This document shows positions 50,508 through 64,000 of a stretch of DNA of 64,000 nt, piece after piece (positions within the stretch are counted from its first letter, which is position 1; the number at the start of each line of letters is the position of its first letter). The notes below the pieces were generated by a model, which was not told where the DNA came from, ran no database searches, and worked only from the letters and a program-made list of their open reading frames with translations. Source of the DNA: Geosiphon pyriformis uo1 (lineage: Eukaryota > Fungi > Glomeromycota). Position numbers and translations under genes: made by a program. The stretch is from positions 716,719 through 780,718 of the forward strand of contig JAAOMT010000512.1 in the NCBI GenBank assembly GCA_016748015.1, given 5' to 3'.

Positions 50508-53500
50508 GGTTTAATTTTACAGAAAACCAGCACCAACCACAATTATCCAAAAGTAACAGAATTAGAAATTATAGGAGCAAACCATTTAGAATTCACCAAA
50601 TTCTTGTTTCAACAGTACAACTAACAACTAGAATTAAACAATAACCACTTTTCAACAGAATCAGCCTTTAACTTCTATGTCAATGATAAAATCACAGACT
50701 GCTTAGGAGGAACCATTAACATTGAATCCACAAGAGAAAATTTCTATACAAAATTATTTCAACATACCAGCTTACCAAGAAACTACAGTTTTACATCAAT
50801 CATCAGGGAAATCAATCAAACTATTGAAAGGTACACACAACAACAATTTCCCATTACCTATGCAGACAAAGGCAAAGAAAAATTGCAAACACTAGCAGTA
50901 ATACCAAAACAAATACAACCACCCACTTGGAAGAAAACCAGAGTTGAATCACCAACCAATCCATCATATCATTATATACCAAGAAGTGTCATCAATATCT
51001 CATCAACAAATGTGTCCACATCAAATGCGACATTAATTTTTAGACAATTCCCATTTCAAAGTAAACAAAGAAAAGCAAAGTTGTTAGAACCATATGGCAA
51101 ATATTTTGAAGAGTTTAAATTGCAATCACCAATGCCATCAAAATTCTGATCACCATCATCTTAACCAGATTTTGGAACTGTGAGTCCATTGGAAGTAACA
51201 GAATCAGAAGAAGAGGGAAGTGAAGATCAGGAATTTACTTACCAAAACCCAATGTTACTCATAAAAAGAAAACAAATATATAGTAGACCAATAAGAGAAT
51301 AGTATTTAGCACGTGAGCATATTGCTCAGCAATGTGGAGCAATGTCAGAAATCATGGCACATTGCTCAGCAATGTGGAGTAATGTTAAAAAATTAGGGCA
51401 TATTGTTCAGCAATGTGAGCATTGCTCAAGAAATCATAGCACATTGCTCGAGAATGTAAGTAATCTTATAGAACATTAATTATGTATATATAGCAATAAT
51501 GTTAGAAGTAGAAAAAGCAGAATTCTTTAATTAGAAATCTTCCATCCACAAATATTAAATAAACAAATCATTTACTATCCAAATCCACTCTTTACTATCA
51601 ATACTTTATGTTAATAGTAATTGATACTTAACTATACTGAAACAATAGCTCTTAATCACAGCTATTGACAAGATACTAACTTGCACATTGCCTTGGCTTA
51701 TTTTTTTATTTTCTCTTATTTTTTTCTTTCTTTCTTTAATTTTTTTATTGTCATATATTAACTGATTAAGGATTAAAGTACTGAGTAATTGATGTCATGG
51801 ATAGTCTGGTAAAAAACTCAGAAATAAGGGTAAAATTATATATATTAACAGATAGCTTACCAGAAGGACACAACTGTCAGAATAAACTGGCCACCAAGCT
51901 GAAAACAGAAATTGGAAACACAACTCACCAACCAACTACATTGTCATTGAATCTCTGTTCATTATACAAAGAACTCTCAATCAAAACCTTCAGATAAAAA
52001 CAATGTACCAAATTTTACCACCATCATCCATCAGAATTGAAACTGAGCACCAGGTTATGGGTTTGTTATTTGACTTGAGACCCCAAATAATCATCTGTAA
52101 CACTGATTATAGAAAATTTGGAAATCAAAACTCTGAACATTTGAACCCAGCAAACTTAAAACAATCTAAACTCTGAAACAATTAATTAGCAAAACTTACC
52201 TCCAGTAATCATCATTGATTAACCACTAATTGAACCAATTATTGAACCAATTCAACAGCAGTCATTTCAACTGTCTTAACAACAATTTCAACAACCACCA
52301 CCACAACAAATTATAGCACCAATGGCATATGCTCCTATTGCCAAACTTGAAAAATTTACTGGCAAAGAGGATGACACCCAAGTGTGGCTAAGCCATTGCA
52401 ACCAATGGATGAGATGATGCCAGAGCCATGCAGACCATTTCTTATTTTCTCTAGGATACTGTCAATTTATGGTATTAAAGCTTGGTTAACAAACCCCAAG
52501 ATTTCAATGCATTTAAGCTTGTGTTCCTACAGTATTTTAGTAATAATAATAGCACCAACCAATTGGCAAACACTTTTACCACCATCAAGCAAAGAGAAAA
52601 TAAAGCAGTTACTACTTATTTAGAACACTTCTACAGAAATCTGCATCAAATCCAGGCCATATAGGCTGATTATTTCACAGTGCCACAAATTCTAAATCAA
52701 TTTATTAGAGGCCTGCACAGTAGTATCTTCCAATGTGTACGTCTAATGCATCCAGCAGATCTTCAAGCTGCTATTACAAATGCCAAAGATTTTGAAGCAG
52801 CTGAACTCAAAGCCAATCATGCCCAAGCCATTAATCTAGTAATGAATGGATCATTGGAATTGGATTCCAAATTGAAACAATTTAGTGATTCCATCAATCA
52901 GAAATTAAAGGAATACTTAGCTGACAATTGTGCAATTTATCAACCACTACAATGATACAATAATTCTGAAAATGTGAATCGTTTCCAAAATTAATCACAT
53001 TTATTATTCTTGACCCATCAACAGTGGCAGCAAGAGATGCATGTTTGCCACTACTGTGGTAAACAAGGATATCTAAAAGTTGATTATAGATTAAGAATAG
53101 AAAATCAATGATTGGGAAACCAATATTGAAACTTCAATTGCAGGTTTCCAACTCCAAATTATTAATCAAACTCAGCAATATATCAACCAAATTACATACC
53201 TATGACACAGCCACAAATTTATTAACCACCACTTTAACAGTCAACAACACCTGTCATTTATCAACTGCAGCCCCAACCCATTTATCAGCCTCAACAAATT
53301 CTAACACCACCACAAAACTTACCTCAAAACAGAACCCAAAGGCTAAGACTGACACAACAGAGCTGGAGATTATTGATGGTAGTCTATCAACCAATCTCCA
53401 GTTCCTCGATGCAACCATTAGGATCTCAACAACAGAATTTGGGGACTAAGTACACCCAAAACCCGAATTTTCAGAACTATTTAAGTCTTCTGGTTACCTC

Positions 53501-56500
53501 AAAAGATGTCACATCTGACAATTCAGAAGCCAACCAAAAGCCACTTACCAACCATATCCCACCAGCAATTATTACGGAAGATGAATTACTGAACACTATC
53601 TTCCTATTTGAACTCAAGGAACTGTCAACTACACCATTGTTTAGTGAAGCCACTCTTAAAGAAAAACTTATTATCACCATATACACTAATGCCAAAGTTA
53701 ATGGCCATCCAATCAAACTAATTCTAAACAGTGGATCAGCTAACAGCATCATCACAAGACAATTCATGGACCAATTAGGTTGCTAAGTTGATTGAGTTGC
53801 CAGCACCAGAATTATAATAGCTAATGAAGCAACCAAGATAGATGACTTATCTATTAAAATTAATGGCATCATCATTCCCATTAAAGTTCTAGTAATGGAA
53901 GCAACTCAATATTAGGCACTAGTAGGAAATGGCTGGTTATTTAAAACCAATACCATACTTGACTGGACCATGCAGGAGCTACAACTTAGTCAGAATGGTT
54001 AACACACACGTGTACCAGCCATGTGTAGCCACTTCAAGACTACTATCTTGCCATCACCACTGATCAAATTCAAAGAAGAAAAAGAAAAACCTACCTGGGA
54101 AGCATATCAAGTTTTATGGGCTGACAATGAGCACAACGAATTACCACCAGTGCCTTCATGAGATTACCCAGAAAAAAAAAAGCAAAAAGAAGAACCTACA
54201 TGGAATAACAATCAAAATTGGGAAACCAACAATAATTAGGATGAATTATCAACAACCTGAGAATGGGAAGAAGATAATATTAAAGGAAAAGGAAAAGAAG
54301 AAGAAGAAAATTCAACACTAAACCTGACTTACCCTATATATACTTACACAACACCACAACCAAACTATTGTTAACCAAAGCTTATATGTGATGATTGTGG
54401 CAAAAAATTGTCATTAATGGGCGCATGCTGTGGTAACAATGAGAAATACCAAATGGCAACCAAGTTTTACTGTTGTCCATGTATCATAGAATGTTTTGAA
54501 AGGCCAAAACGAGTAGGAAAATAAGATAACAAACCCTGCTTGGCTTGTGAAGAAATTCTCCTTGACAAAGGAATGTGGAATAACATTCTTGGAAGAGGAG
54601 AAACATGTAACAAATTGTGTCAGTACACGATTCTTATAAATGACTGGATAAGAAAAGGAATGCCCATAGACGCTGCCTGAAGATAAGCAGTCAAATACTT
54701 GGACAGATGTTCACATGATAATGATGAAATTTGGTGAATGGCTCTCACTAAAATCAAAGAAGTGTCACCAGAAGAAATAAGGATAATCAAAAATAACTCT
54801 TCCGAGCCCATAGAACTTGACTGAGACTCAGAACCAGTCATAAACCTCCTGGATCCAGAACAATTCTATGAACATTATCAAGAATTAGCACCTATTAGAG
54901 AGGAACAGAAGCAACATTTGGAAGAAATCAACACCCAATTATGTGACCACTGTTTGATTCCATATGACTTTCAATATTGTAATGAGTGTGATCTCATTTA
55001 CAATCCACCAATCCACATGATTTACACAATTTCAGAAGAGGAGGAACCAATTAACAGCTGTGCATTAGAATCAGAATCAACTCTTAATTCTGATTCAAAC
55101 TCTGACAATAACAATAATGAAAACAACAGTTCTAGCTCTGCTCAATGTGGCAATGAAAAATATAGTGATTCAAACTCTGATTCAAACTCTGAACAATATA
55201 TTGCACCCCCTGATCTCAACAAGGAACAAGAACTGAAATGGTTCAGTGACAATAATAAAGGTATTATGCCAAAACGTGTGCATGATACCAATGTAGGATT
55301 TGATCTGAGATATCTGGAAAAGAATTCTATCAAATTGGAATCATATTTGTGCACCTATATTGATTTCAAAATAGCATTGGAAATTTCAATGACAACAATG
55401 GTTCAGTTAGCATTTAGGAGTAGCTTAGCAAAAAAGGGAATCAACATCAGAGGAGGAATAATTAACACAAGATATGTAGGAAATATTATTGCTATACTAC
55501 AAAATGATTCAAAAAAGGCATATATTATAGATCCAAACAAAAAGATAGCACAAGCAATGTTCTTATCTCTAATAAAAGTAGCTCAGTTAGTATTAGTGAA
55601 AAATAGAGAAAAATTAGGGATTACAGCTAGAGGGATACAGAGATTCGGATCCACAGGTAGAATAGATGTACTGGTTAATATGACAGAGGAAGAAATTATT
55701 AACAAAGAAAAAACTATCTCCATCTGTCAAACAATTTCCATACCATTATATGACCAGTACATAGTAGTTATAGAAAGGAAAGTAAAAGATCAAGTTCAAA
55801 TTTTTGAGGCAGAAGTAACACTTTGTAAATTAGGAGAGATTAGATTAATCAATTTACACATACCAGCCAAGAACCACAGTCACATAAAAATTTCCATCTA
55901 CAACAACACAGGAGATGTTATCAAGATACTAGAAGGAACAATTATTGAATATTTAACCACTGAAATTGAAAACCAATTGCCAGACATTATTTCAGACTTT
56001 CCACAACTTTGTGGATATGTGAATATTACATTACAGACAATATATAGATGAAATAAATGTTATTTGCTCCAACCAAAACAACTGAAACAAATAAACATGA
56101 GAAATCTAGATTCATTACAATGTATACAACTCAAGATATTAATTAACAACTTCAACAACATCTTTGCAAGTGAGAATGAATTTGGCAAAACTGACATCAT
56201 CCAATATCAAATCAAGACTGAAGATACAATGTCAATTAAACAGAGAGCATATAAAGTACCACTAGCTAGCCATGAAATCATTTGTCAAAAAATCAATCGG
56301 ATGTTTAACAATGGGCTAATTCAGCCATCAATGAATCCATGGTCATTACCAGTGGTACTAGTCTATAAAAAAATGGGAAAATCTGCTTTTGTGTAGATTA
56401 CTGGAAACTGAATAAAATAACAAAAGAAGACAGCTACCCAACTCCAAAGATCCAAGAACTTTTTGATGTTTTTGAAGGAAAGAAATGGTTTTCAATATTA

Positions 56501-57489
56501 AACTTAGAGAGTAATTACTGACAAATAGTCATGAAACCAGAAAATAAAGAAAAGACAGCTTTTACAACACAGAAAAGAAATTTTGAATTCGAAATGATGC
56601 CATTTGGCTTGATAAATGCTCCAGCCACTTTCCAGCAACTTATAGAAATTGTTTATACTGGGCTATTATGAAAATCAGTAGTTGTATATTTGGATAACAT
56701 CAATGTGTTCTCAAAGACATTTGATGATTATCTGCATCATCTCCAACAAGTGTTTGAAAGACTAAGAAGAGCTGAATTAAAGCTAAATGCAACCAAATGT
56801 TTCTTTAGAAAAACTGAACTCAAGTTTTGGGACATGTCATGAGCAAAAATAAAATCAAAACAGATCCAGATAAGATTGAAATTGTCAAAAACTTTCCAGT
56901 ACTAAATAATCTCACAGAATTGAGAACATTCTTGGGATTTGCTGGATACTACTGCCACTTCATCAAAGACTTTTCCAAAATAGCTCAACTATTACACCAG
57001 CTCCAAACAAAGAACACTAAATATAAATAGACAGAAATCCAGCAAAAAGCTTTTGATACATTAAGAAAAAAGCTTATTCAGACCTCAGTACTAATCTATT
57101 CAGACTATAGCAAACCATTCATAATTACAACTGATGCATTTGGTCAAGCATTGGGAGCAGTATTATCTCAGAAAGGACCCAATAGACAAAAACACCCAGT
57201 AGCTTACACCAGTAGAAGCTTAAGTTCAGCTGAAAAGAACTATAAAACTCTAGCACTAGAACATTTAGTCATTTATTGGGCTGTTATCAAGTAGAAAGAA
57301 TACTTGAGTCAAAAGTTTGAGATGTACACTAATTACAAGAGATTAACTTCAATTCAGAAGCAAGAATTTGGAGATGACTGTCATGTCAGATGAAAAATAA
57401 AACTTTCACTATTCAATTATACAGTACATTATAAAAAGGGAAAAGACAATGGAAATGTTGACAGTTTGTCGCGAATGAGACAAATCTAA
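50508..57489 (+). pseudogene. Element C gag-PR-Cys-rich-dUTPase-RT-RH (decayed, interrupted by solo LTR)
   Basis: MAYAPIAKLEKFTG (52322), CHYCGKQG, LILNSGSANS, VGFDL/RSSL/KIAQ/FGSTG, MPFGL.NAPATF, YLDN; stop CAA ATC TAA at 57487-57489. Confidence 0.92.
51253..52102 (+). mobile_element. Solo LTR of a related Gypsy subfamily inserted in element C
   Basis: TGTTAC...TGTAACA, 850 bp, homologous to B/C LTRs; flanks CCAA/CTGA (inferred CCGA TSD); host frame QN-P-IIENL restored on removal. Confidence 0.93.
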
Positions 57490-57520
57490 AAACATTTCAA
57501 ACCCAAAAATATAACAAAAG

Positions 57521-58857
57521 ATGAATATACAAAAATATCAACAACTCTAACATTATATAAATACCCAATTGTTTAAGAAGAAATTATCTCAAAAGAAACA
57601 AAACAACATAAAACAACAATCAAAATACTTTATCAATCATCAAAATATACTTTACTGGAAAAACAGAAGAAATCCAGACCAGTCAACAAGAGTAATTACA
57701 GAACTGGAAAAAGAAACAATATTGTTCAACATGTACTCAGATCCAACAGCAGGACATTTTTATAAAGAAGCAATTATGAAAAGAACTAGAAAAAGATACT
57801 ATTGGCCATCAATGTATCCAGACATTATTCAGTATGTTCAAAACTGTGATGCTTGTCAAAGAAGAGAAGAAACAAAACCCAGTAAACCATTGAAACCAAT
57901 CAAAGTAAGACAACTATTTGATCATATTAGAATTGACTTAGTTGGACCATTAACAATTACCAATAGAAGCAACAGATATATTACAGTAGCCATAGACTAT
58001 CTCACTAAATGGCCAGAAACAAAAGCCATTCAAAGAGCAGATGCAGAATCCATTGCCAAATTTGTTTATTAAGATTTGATCTGTCAACACGGATGTTCAA
58101 AAGAATTATTATCTGATCAAGAAACTCACTTTGTGAATAGAACATTAGCAGAATTAAGCCAAAAATTTGGAATAAAAAGACTATTATTATTATCATACCA
58201 TCTACAAACAAATGGGTTAGTTGAAAAATTTAACAGAACATGTGTAAAGTAATTGCCAAAATCAGTCAATAAAACCAAGACAAATAGAATTTGTTTATAC
58301 CATCAGTATTATTTGCATATTGAACAATAAAACAGAACACTATACAAGCAACACCATTTGAATTAGTATATGGTAGAACAACAATATTACCAGTTGAGAT
58401 AAAAGTTAACATCTATTTAACAGAACCAATAACTGAAGACAATTTTCAGAAAACATTGCTAAGAAAAACATATAACTTGATGGAAACACTGAAAAATAAA
58501 TAGCAAAAAACAGCTGATAACATACACAAGTTACAAGAAAAACAAAGAAAAAGACATAATAACCAACTATCAGATAAACCAGTTGAATTCAAGATTAGAG
58601 ACAAAGTACTTCTATATCATATTAAAGCGGAAAAACAATGGAGTGGAAAATTTGATCCCAAATAGGATGGATCATTTCACATAGAAGAAATTCTTAGAAA
58701 TAGAGCTTATAAATTAAAATGAGACAACAAAATCTTAGCCAAAGCAGCACATAGTGATTGACTGAAATCATATTACTATATAGTGTTACTATCCACCAGT
58801 AATATTTCACAATTAGGAGTACAAAGAATACTAGTCCAACCAAATGAGATTTCATAA
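57521..58857 (+). pseudogene. Element C integrase, separate ORF (decayed)
   Basis: MNIQKYQQL start identical to B; CDAC, RIDLVG, LSDQ, NGLVEKFN. Confidence 0.93.
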
Positions 58858-58926
58858 GATCTGGAACCAATCATAATCATTAGCCCAAACACATAAAATT
58901 AAACAATAAAAAGAATATATAAAGAC

Positions 58927-59595
58927 ATGGTAGATGTGACAAAAGACTTCAGAAAAATGGAAATCACTAACAATATCCACTTATTAACACAACAACTCTT
59001 CCAACTAATTCAACAACAGAATATGGAAATTACTATTAACTAACAAACCATTTGATACCGAGATACCAAAAAGACACCCAAATATAAAAGTCAAAGGAAA
59101 ACAGAGAACACTATCAACAAAATGGTTCTGAAAATAAAATTAGCAATAGAAGAACCAACAAGTGTTACCACATATTAAGAATTAACCAAAGAAACTTGGA
59201 AATGGTGGATACATGAATTTCCAAGGAACTTTTGTTACTTCCACTTGGGATGGCACTTAAATGTTCAAAACTTATATACAGATAAAACAAAACAATTATT
59301 TGACACAGCAATACTGCAACAACTGGAACAATTTGTGGAAAAGAACAATTTAACTACACAAGCAAGAACTATTTATTGGTTACATATAGGATTCCAAAAC
59401 AGACTGGAAATCTTACTTAATCCAGAATTGGACTTTATTACAGTTAACCAAATGGAAAAAATAATCAACACCTAATTTGAAGAATTATAGAACAAGATAA
59501 CTCAAGTAATTCTCAAAAAAAAAGTTCAAGAAATACTCAATGACAAAGAATTAGAGTTAGGAGATTTGGGAAATCTTGATAGAGCTCAATATTAA
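58927..59595 (+). pseudogene. Element C ORF3 (~223 codons, nonsense mutations only)
   Basis: MVDVTKDFRKMEITNNIH...NVQNLYTDKTKQLFD...ITQVILKKKVQEIL...RAQY*; collinear with B ORF3. Confidence 0.85.
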
Positions 59596-59608
59596 AAGGA
59601 GAGAATAA

Positions 59609-60430
59609 TGTTACTCATAAAATATAGGAAGTATATTAGCATATAAATTAGCCAATTAAAAATAGCCATAGTAAATATGGAATTCCAGAATTCCTCTCAA
59701 GAGGAATTGCAGGATTTTTATACAAAGAAATCACAGGATTCCAGAATTCCAGGATTTTTCTCAAAAGAAATTGTAGAATTCCAGGAATTTCAGGATTTCT
59801 GGTGTAAAAAATTGAGAAATTGAGGAATCTCAATTATGTATATATAATGGTAGCATTAGAAGCAGAAAAGGGAGACCTCCAAGTAAATCTGATCTAAACA
59901 ACTTTCTATTTACAAATATCAATAAATAATTATTCATTATCTTAAATTTACTCTCCACTATCAACACTTCATGTTGATAGTAATTAATACTTAACCACAC
60001 TAGAACAATAGCTTTTAATCATGGCTATTGACAAGATACTAACTTGCAATTGCTTTTGTTTATTTCTTTATTTTTTTTTATTTTTTTTGTTATTTCTTTG
60101 GTTTTACTAAATTGATTATGGATTAAGCACTGAGATACAGACGTCATAAGAACTGGTAAAAGACCTGTGAAACAAGGATAGAACACTCATAGATTTAAGA
60201 ATAGCTTACCAGGAGGATTACCAGCCATCATACTGAGAAAAAAATTTGACAGAATTGTGATTCCAAAAGGCTACTGAAAACAACTATTAAATCTCTGTCC
60301 ATTATACAAAGAACTCTGTAACAAACCTTTAGATCAACCAAATCTTCAGATATCAACCCCAGAATACCAATCAAGCACCAAGTTACAGATTTGTTATTTG
60401 CTTTGAGACTCCAAATAATCATCTGTAATA
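59609..60430 (+). repeat. 3' LTR of element C
   Basis: Preceded by PPT; ends TGTAATA (decayed TGTAACA), followed by CCAA. Confidence 0.95.
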
Positions 60431-60599
60431 CCAATTAGTGTTGATCATTATTGTGAACTGGTATTTACTACTATTGTAAAATAGTACTTGTCACTATGTT
60501 AATTATTATCTTTTTAGAATTATTATTGTGCTATATTATAATTAGATAATTTATATTATTTTATAATTTTTTTTCTAAATTCTTGAACTATAACAATAT

Positions 60600-63340
60600 T
60601 ATTCAATATTACTAAAAATTCAAAATTCAAAATAACAGAATTTGATAACCCAAATAGTTTAATTATTAATATATTTGGTAAATATAGTTTTTAAAATAAA
60701 ATATAGGACTATTTTAATAAGTTTAAATGGACAAAAAAAACAGCTAAATATATAGTCTCAAAATATGTATATAAACTATTTTTTTGTAAAACTATAAACA
60801 CTATTAAATTTTTATGGCACTATTTAAAAATTTTCTATTGGACAATATATATTACAACAGAATAATATTATAAAAAAAGACAAAATGTCCAAAAAGATTG
60901 CAAGTTAATTAAAGAAATATTTTGATAGATGAGATTGCTATTTTTTTTTATGATTTTTAGCCAATTTAACTAGAAAACTACTCTAATTTTTTGTAATAAC
61001 TGTTATTAATATTAATAATGAAAAACTTTATAACATGATTACTATTTGGTTTATTAACTGCCAATAACTATTTTTTATAATAGAAAATCCTAAATTAATC
61101 AAATTATTCTAATATCTGAATCTTATTTCTCTATTTGTTTGTGCTAATACAATTAAGAATAAAGTTATAAAACTTTATGTCTTAGATAGACAAAAATTAA
61201 AAATAAGCACTATTTTTATTATAAAATGTTTCTTTTCTTTTACTTATATTTATAATATAATAGACATATTTAGATATTATTAAGTTTAAAATTTTTTTTA
61301 TATTAGATCTTTAAACATTTTTCAATAACAAAGTCTTTGTTTTCATTACTATTTATTATATTAATAACAATTAAAATCTTTAATAAACAATAATTAATTT
61401 CGAATTAATAAGTAGATAACATAATAGAATAATCATTGTAAATAAATTTTTTAAGTATTAAAAGATTATAGAATTATATTAAAAGTATATACATATATTT
61501 TTACATAAATTTGGGTTAATTAATAGCCAATAATAAGATCAACATACTATATAGCATATTAGTATCATTTAAAGCTCAAAGTTATTATAGTACTTATATT
61601 ATTAAAAATTGCATTTTTTTAATATTGGCTTAAGTTGGTTTTTATTATTGCTTTAGAGCTAAATTTTTGGTATTAGTATTATTTAAAGCTTAAAGTTACC
61701 ATAGTGCTTATATTATCAAAAACTGCATTTTTTTAATATTAGCTTAAATAATTTTTATTATTGCTTCAAGCCAAATTTTCAGCCAAAAAGTTTGAAAAAA
61801 AAGTTTAAAAAAAAGTTATACTTACTTTTTTTTTATATAAGTTTACTATTAATTTTATTAGTTATAACCTAATTTTTTTTTACAGCTTTTTGTTATTATT
61901 TTTGATAATACTGCAAATAATAGTATTTTTATAAAAGAGTTAGTAAAAAAATTAGAAAAAAAACCATTTAATAAAACTTAAAAGATCTTTGATTTTAATG
62001 TTTTGATCATATTTTAAACTTAACAGTACAAATAGTTTTAGATAAAATAAAAAATACTATTTTTAAAGTATTTTTTAAAAACCCAAACCAAATATATTTA
62101 CTTAAAATTTTTTTAATGTAAACTTTGTATAAATTAAAGATTAGGGAACTTAACTCTGTAATCTGTATCTTGTTCTAACATTTTAAGCTTTTTGAATACA
62201 TCTGTAATACATGTCAAATTAAATATTATAAACTTATTTTAAATTGTTCTATCTGATAGAATTCTACTTATAACATGATCAGAAATAGATTATCTCTTAA
62301 ATTAGCAAGTTATTTATTTCTGATTTTGTATATTTTAAATACAAAAATTCCAACTGTAAATTTATAGCCATTAAATACTCTTATTAGCAATTATATTAAC
62401 CTTTATTAATATGCTATTTCATATAATTAGTGAACTGTTTTTGATAAAATTGTTAAATTTCTTAAATTATTTAAAGATATTATGATTAAAATATTAGTTA
62501 GTTTAAATAATACTGTTTTCTTGATTATTCTTTTTTTTAATATTATTTTTAATCATGTCAAAGACATAGTTAATAATAATAAATTTGGTAAAGCATTATA
62601 ATTTCAATTGTATTTATTTAGTTATTTATTTAATATATTTAATATTAGATTTATTACTTATTATAACAACTAAAACAATAAGTAAAAAGTTGATTGAATA
62701 TTATTCTAAAACAAATACAACTGTAATGTTCTGTACTATATTAAATCCAAGAAAAAAATTACATTATTTTACAAAAAAAAAAATTTTGGATGACAATATT
62801 AATAAAATAAAAGAATTATAAGTTATTAATTTATCTAAACAGTTTTATTTTCTAACTTTTACATAATAAATAAACTTTTAGAATGCATACTTTCTTTGAA
62901 ATAAAGTATATACTGGATATTATACTAACATCAAATAACATTTTTTTGTTTAATAGCAATTTTAATAATATTATAATATTAATTATATAATTTATATTAA
63001 AGACAGACTTTAATAATAATGAACAAAAAAACTTGACAAAATTAATTGTTATATTTTTAAAAAAATGGTTAATAGAAAAATAAATGTAATAACATGATGG
63101 AAGATATATTATAAAAAATATTTATTTAAATTAACATTTTATTAATAATTCAATATTTAAACATATTAAACACAATTTTTTCATTTTATATATATAGTTC
63201 ATAATTATTTAACAATTCAAGAATTATTTGTTGTTTCTGAATGCATTTTTTTTGCAGATGAAAATATGATTACAGATATAAAATTTCACTTAGTGCCTAA
63301 AATTATAAGAGCAGTATAGTGTCTTTGATTATAAATACAA
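60600..63340 (+). pseudogene. hAT transposase relic (BED finger, DDE core, dimerisation domain; intron-containing)
   Basis: Decayed motifs LDL*TF..N..F..IT.YYI.N*(DLWTS..ITxHYI), DNTANN, CFDHILNL.VQ, **NSTYNMI (RWNSTY), ILNPRKK (LDPR), *WK, SE.IF (SERxFS). Confidence 0.8.
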
Positions 63341-64000
63341 AAATTATTGAAAAAAAAATTAAATAATAATATAGTATAATATAATGTTTTTAATAATTGA
63401 ACCTAAACATATTCATAAAACTTGAACCAGACTTGTTATATATGTTTGGATTCAGTTTAAGTTTAGTAATTTTAAGTCTGGTTCAAGTTTGAATTTGAAA
63501 TTTTGCCATATTTTCTGTTTAAGTTTAATTTAATTTAGTAGTTTGATTGAACTTGAACTAAACTAAACTGAATATTAAAATCTTAGAAAGAGAATTAATT
63601 ACTATTAAAAAGATATTATTTAAAATTTTATTTGAAACTATAAAAAAATTTAATATAACAATACTAAATATAAACAACTACTATTGTTTTTTTGATACTT
63701 TGGTCTTTTTGGCTATTTGCAAAAAAATAATATTATTATTAATAGTAATAACAAAAAAGACCAACTTATTAACTAGCTTATTGTTAAATACTTTTGGGCT
63801 TTTAAAAAAATAAAAACAATACTAAAATTAATTTAAATGTGTTTTTTAGAAAAAACTTTAACTAGAAAAAACCACTAGCCAAAGATAAAAAAATGCTTTA
63901 GAAGTTATTAAAAACAATTTTTAACTAATATTTAGAAAAAATACTGTCAAAATATTTTGTTTAACTGCTTTAACAATAAAAAAATCTTCTTTTATTGAAA

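Larger units (their letters stand above)
49658..60430 (+). mobile_element. Full-length Ty3/Gypsy element C (same family as B, more decayed)
   Basis: LTRs 49658-50490 and 59609-60430, TSD CCAA/CCAA, decayed PBS, PPT, same ORF layout as B. Confidence 0.96.
48657..63585 (+). mobile_element. Decayed hAT-superfamily DNA transposon interrupted by Gypsy element C
   Basis: Termini TAAGATT(48657)...AATCTTA(63585), subterminal AAACC(G)AA/TTC(G)GTTT-type repeats at both ends, 8-bp flanks AAAAAATA / GAAAGAGA compatible with a decayed TSD, transposase relic inside. Confidence 0.7.

Noticed and set aside
51309-51460. CRISPR-like array of palindromic repeats
   Set aside because: Intervening sequences are similar to each other (tandem units, not unique spacers), the array lies in an LTR U3, and there are no cas genes.

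Overview
AT-rich eukaryotic (fungal) genomic window. Its repeat families and intron-dense genes suggest Glomeromycotina, possibly Geosiphon-like (inference, not verified). Most of the window is nested, C-to-T/G-to-A-decayed transposons: three Ty3/Gypsy LTR retrotransposons (A 1-15630, split by B 1542-11733; C 49658-60430, carrying a solo LTR and itself inserted in a hAT DNA transposon), three RNase H-containing LINEs of different ages, a probable fourth LINE relic, and very AT-rich relic blocks. Host gene islands at ~27.7-30.3 kb and ~32.4-39.3 kb hold DCN1 (10 exons), QCR6 (GC-AG intron), a YCR051W-like ankyrin gene and a candidate securin. A 2.4-kb apparently identical duplication across a 20-N gap is very probably an assembly artefact. 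The most unusual signal is the Gypsy architecture shared by two distinct families: gag-pro-pol stops after RNase H, integrase is a separate out-of-frame ORF with its own ATG, and a conserved non-env ORF3 follows. The B/C family also has Cys-rich, dUTPase and dUTPase-like inserts in Pol, palindromic U3 arrays that differ between LTR types, and an inferred CCGR (CpG) insertion target.
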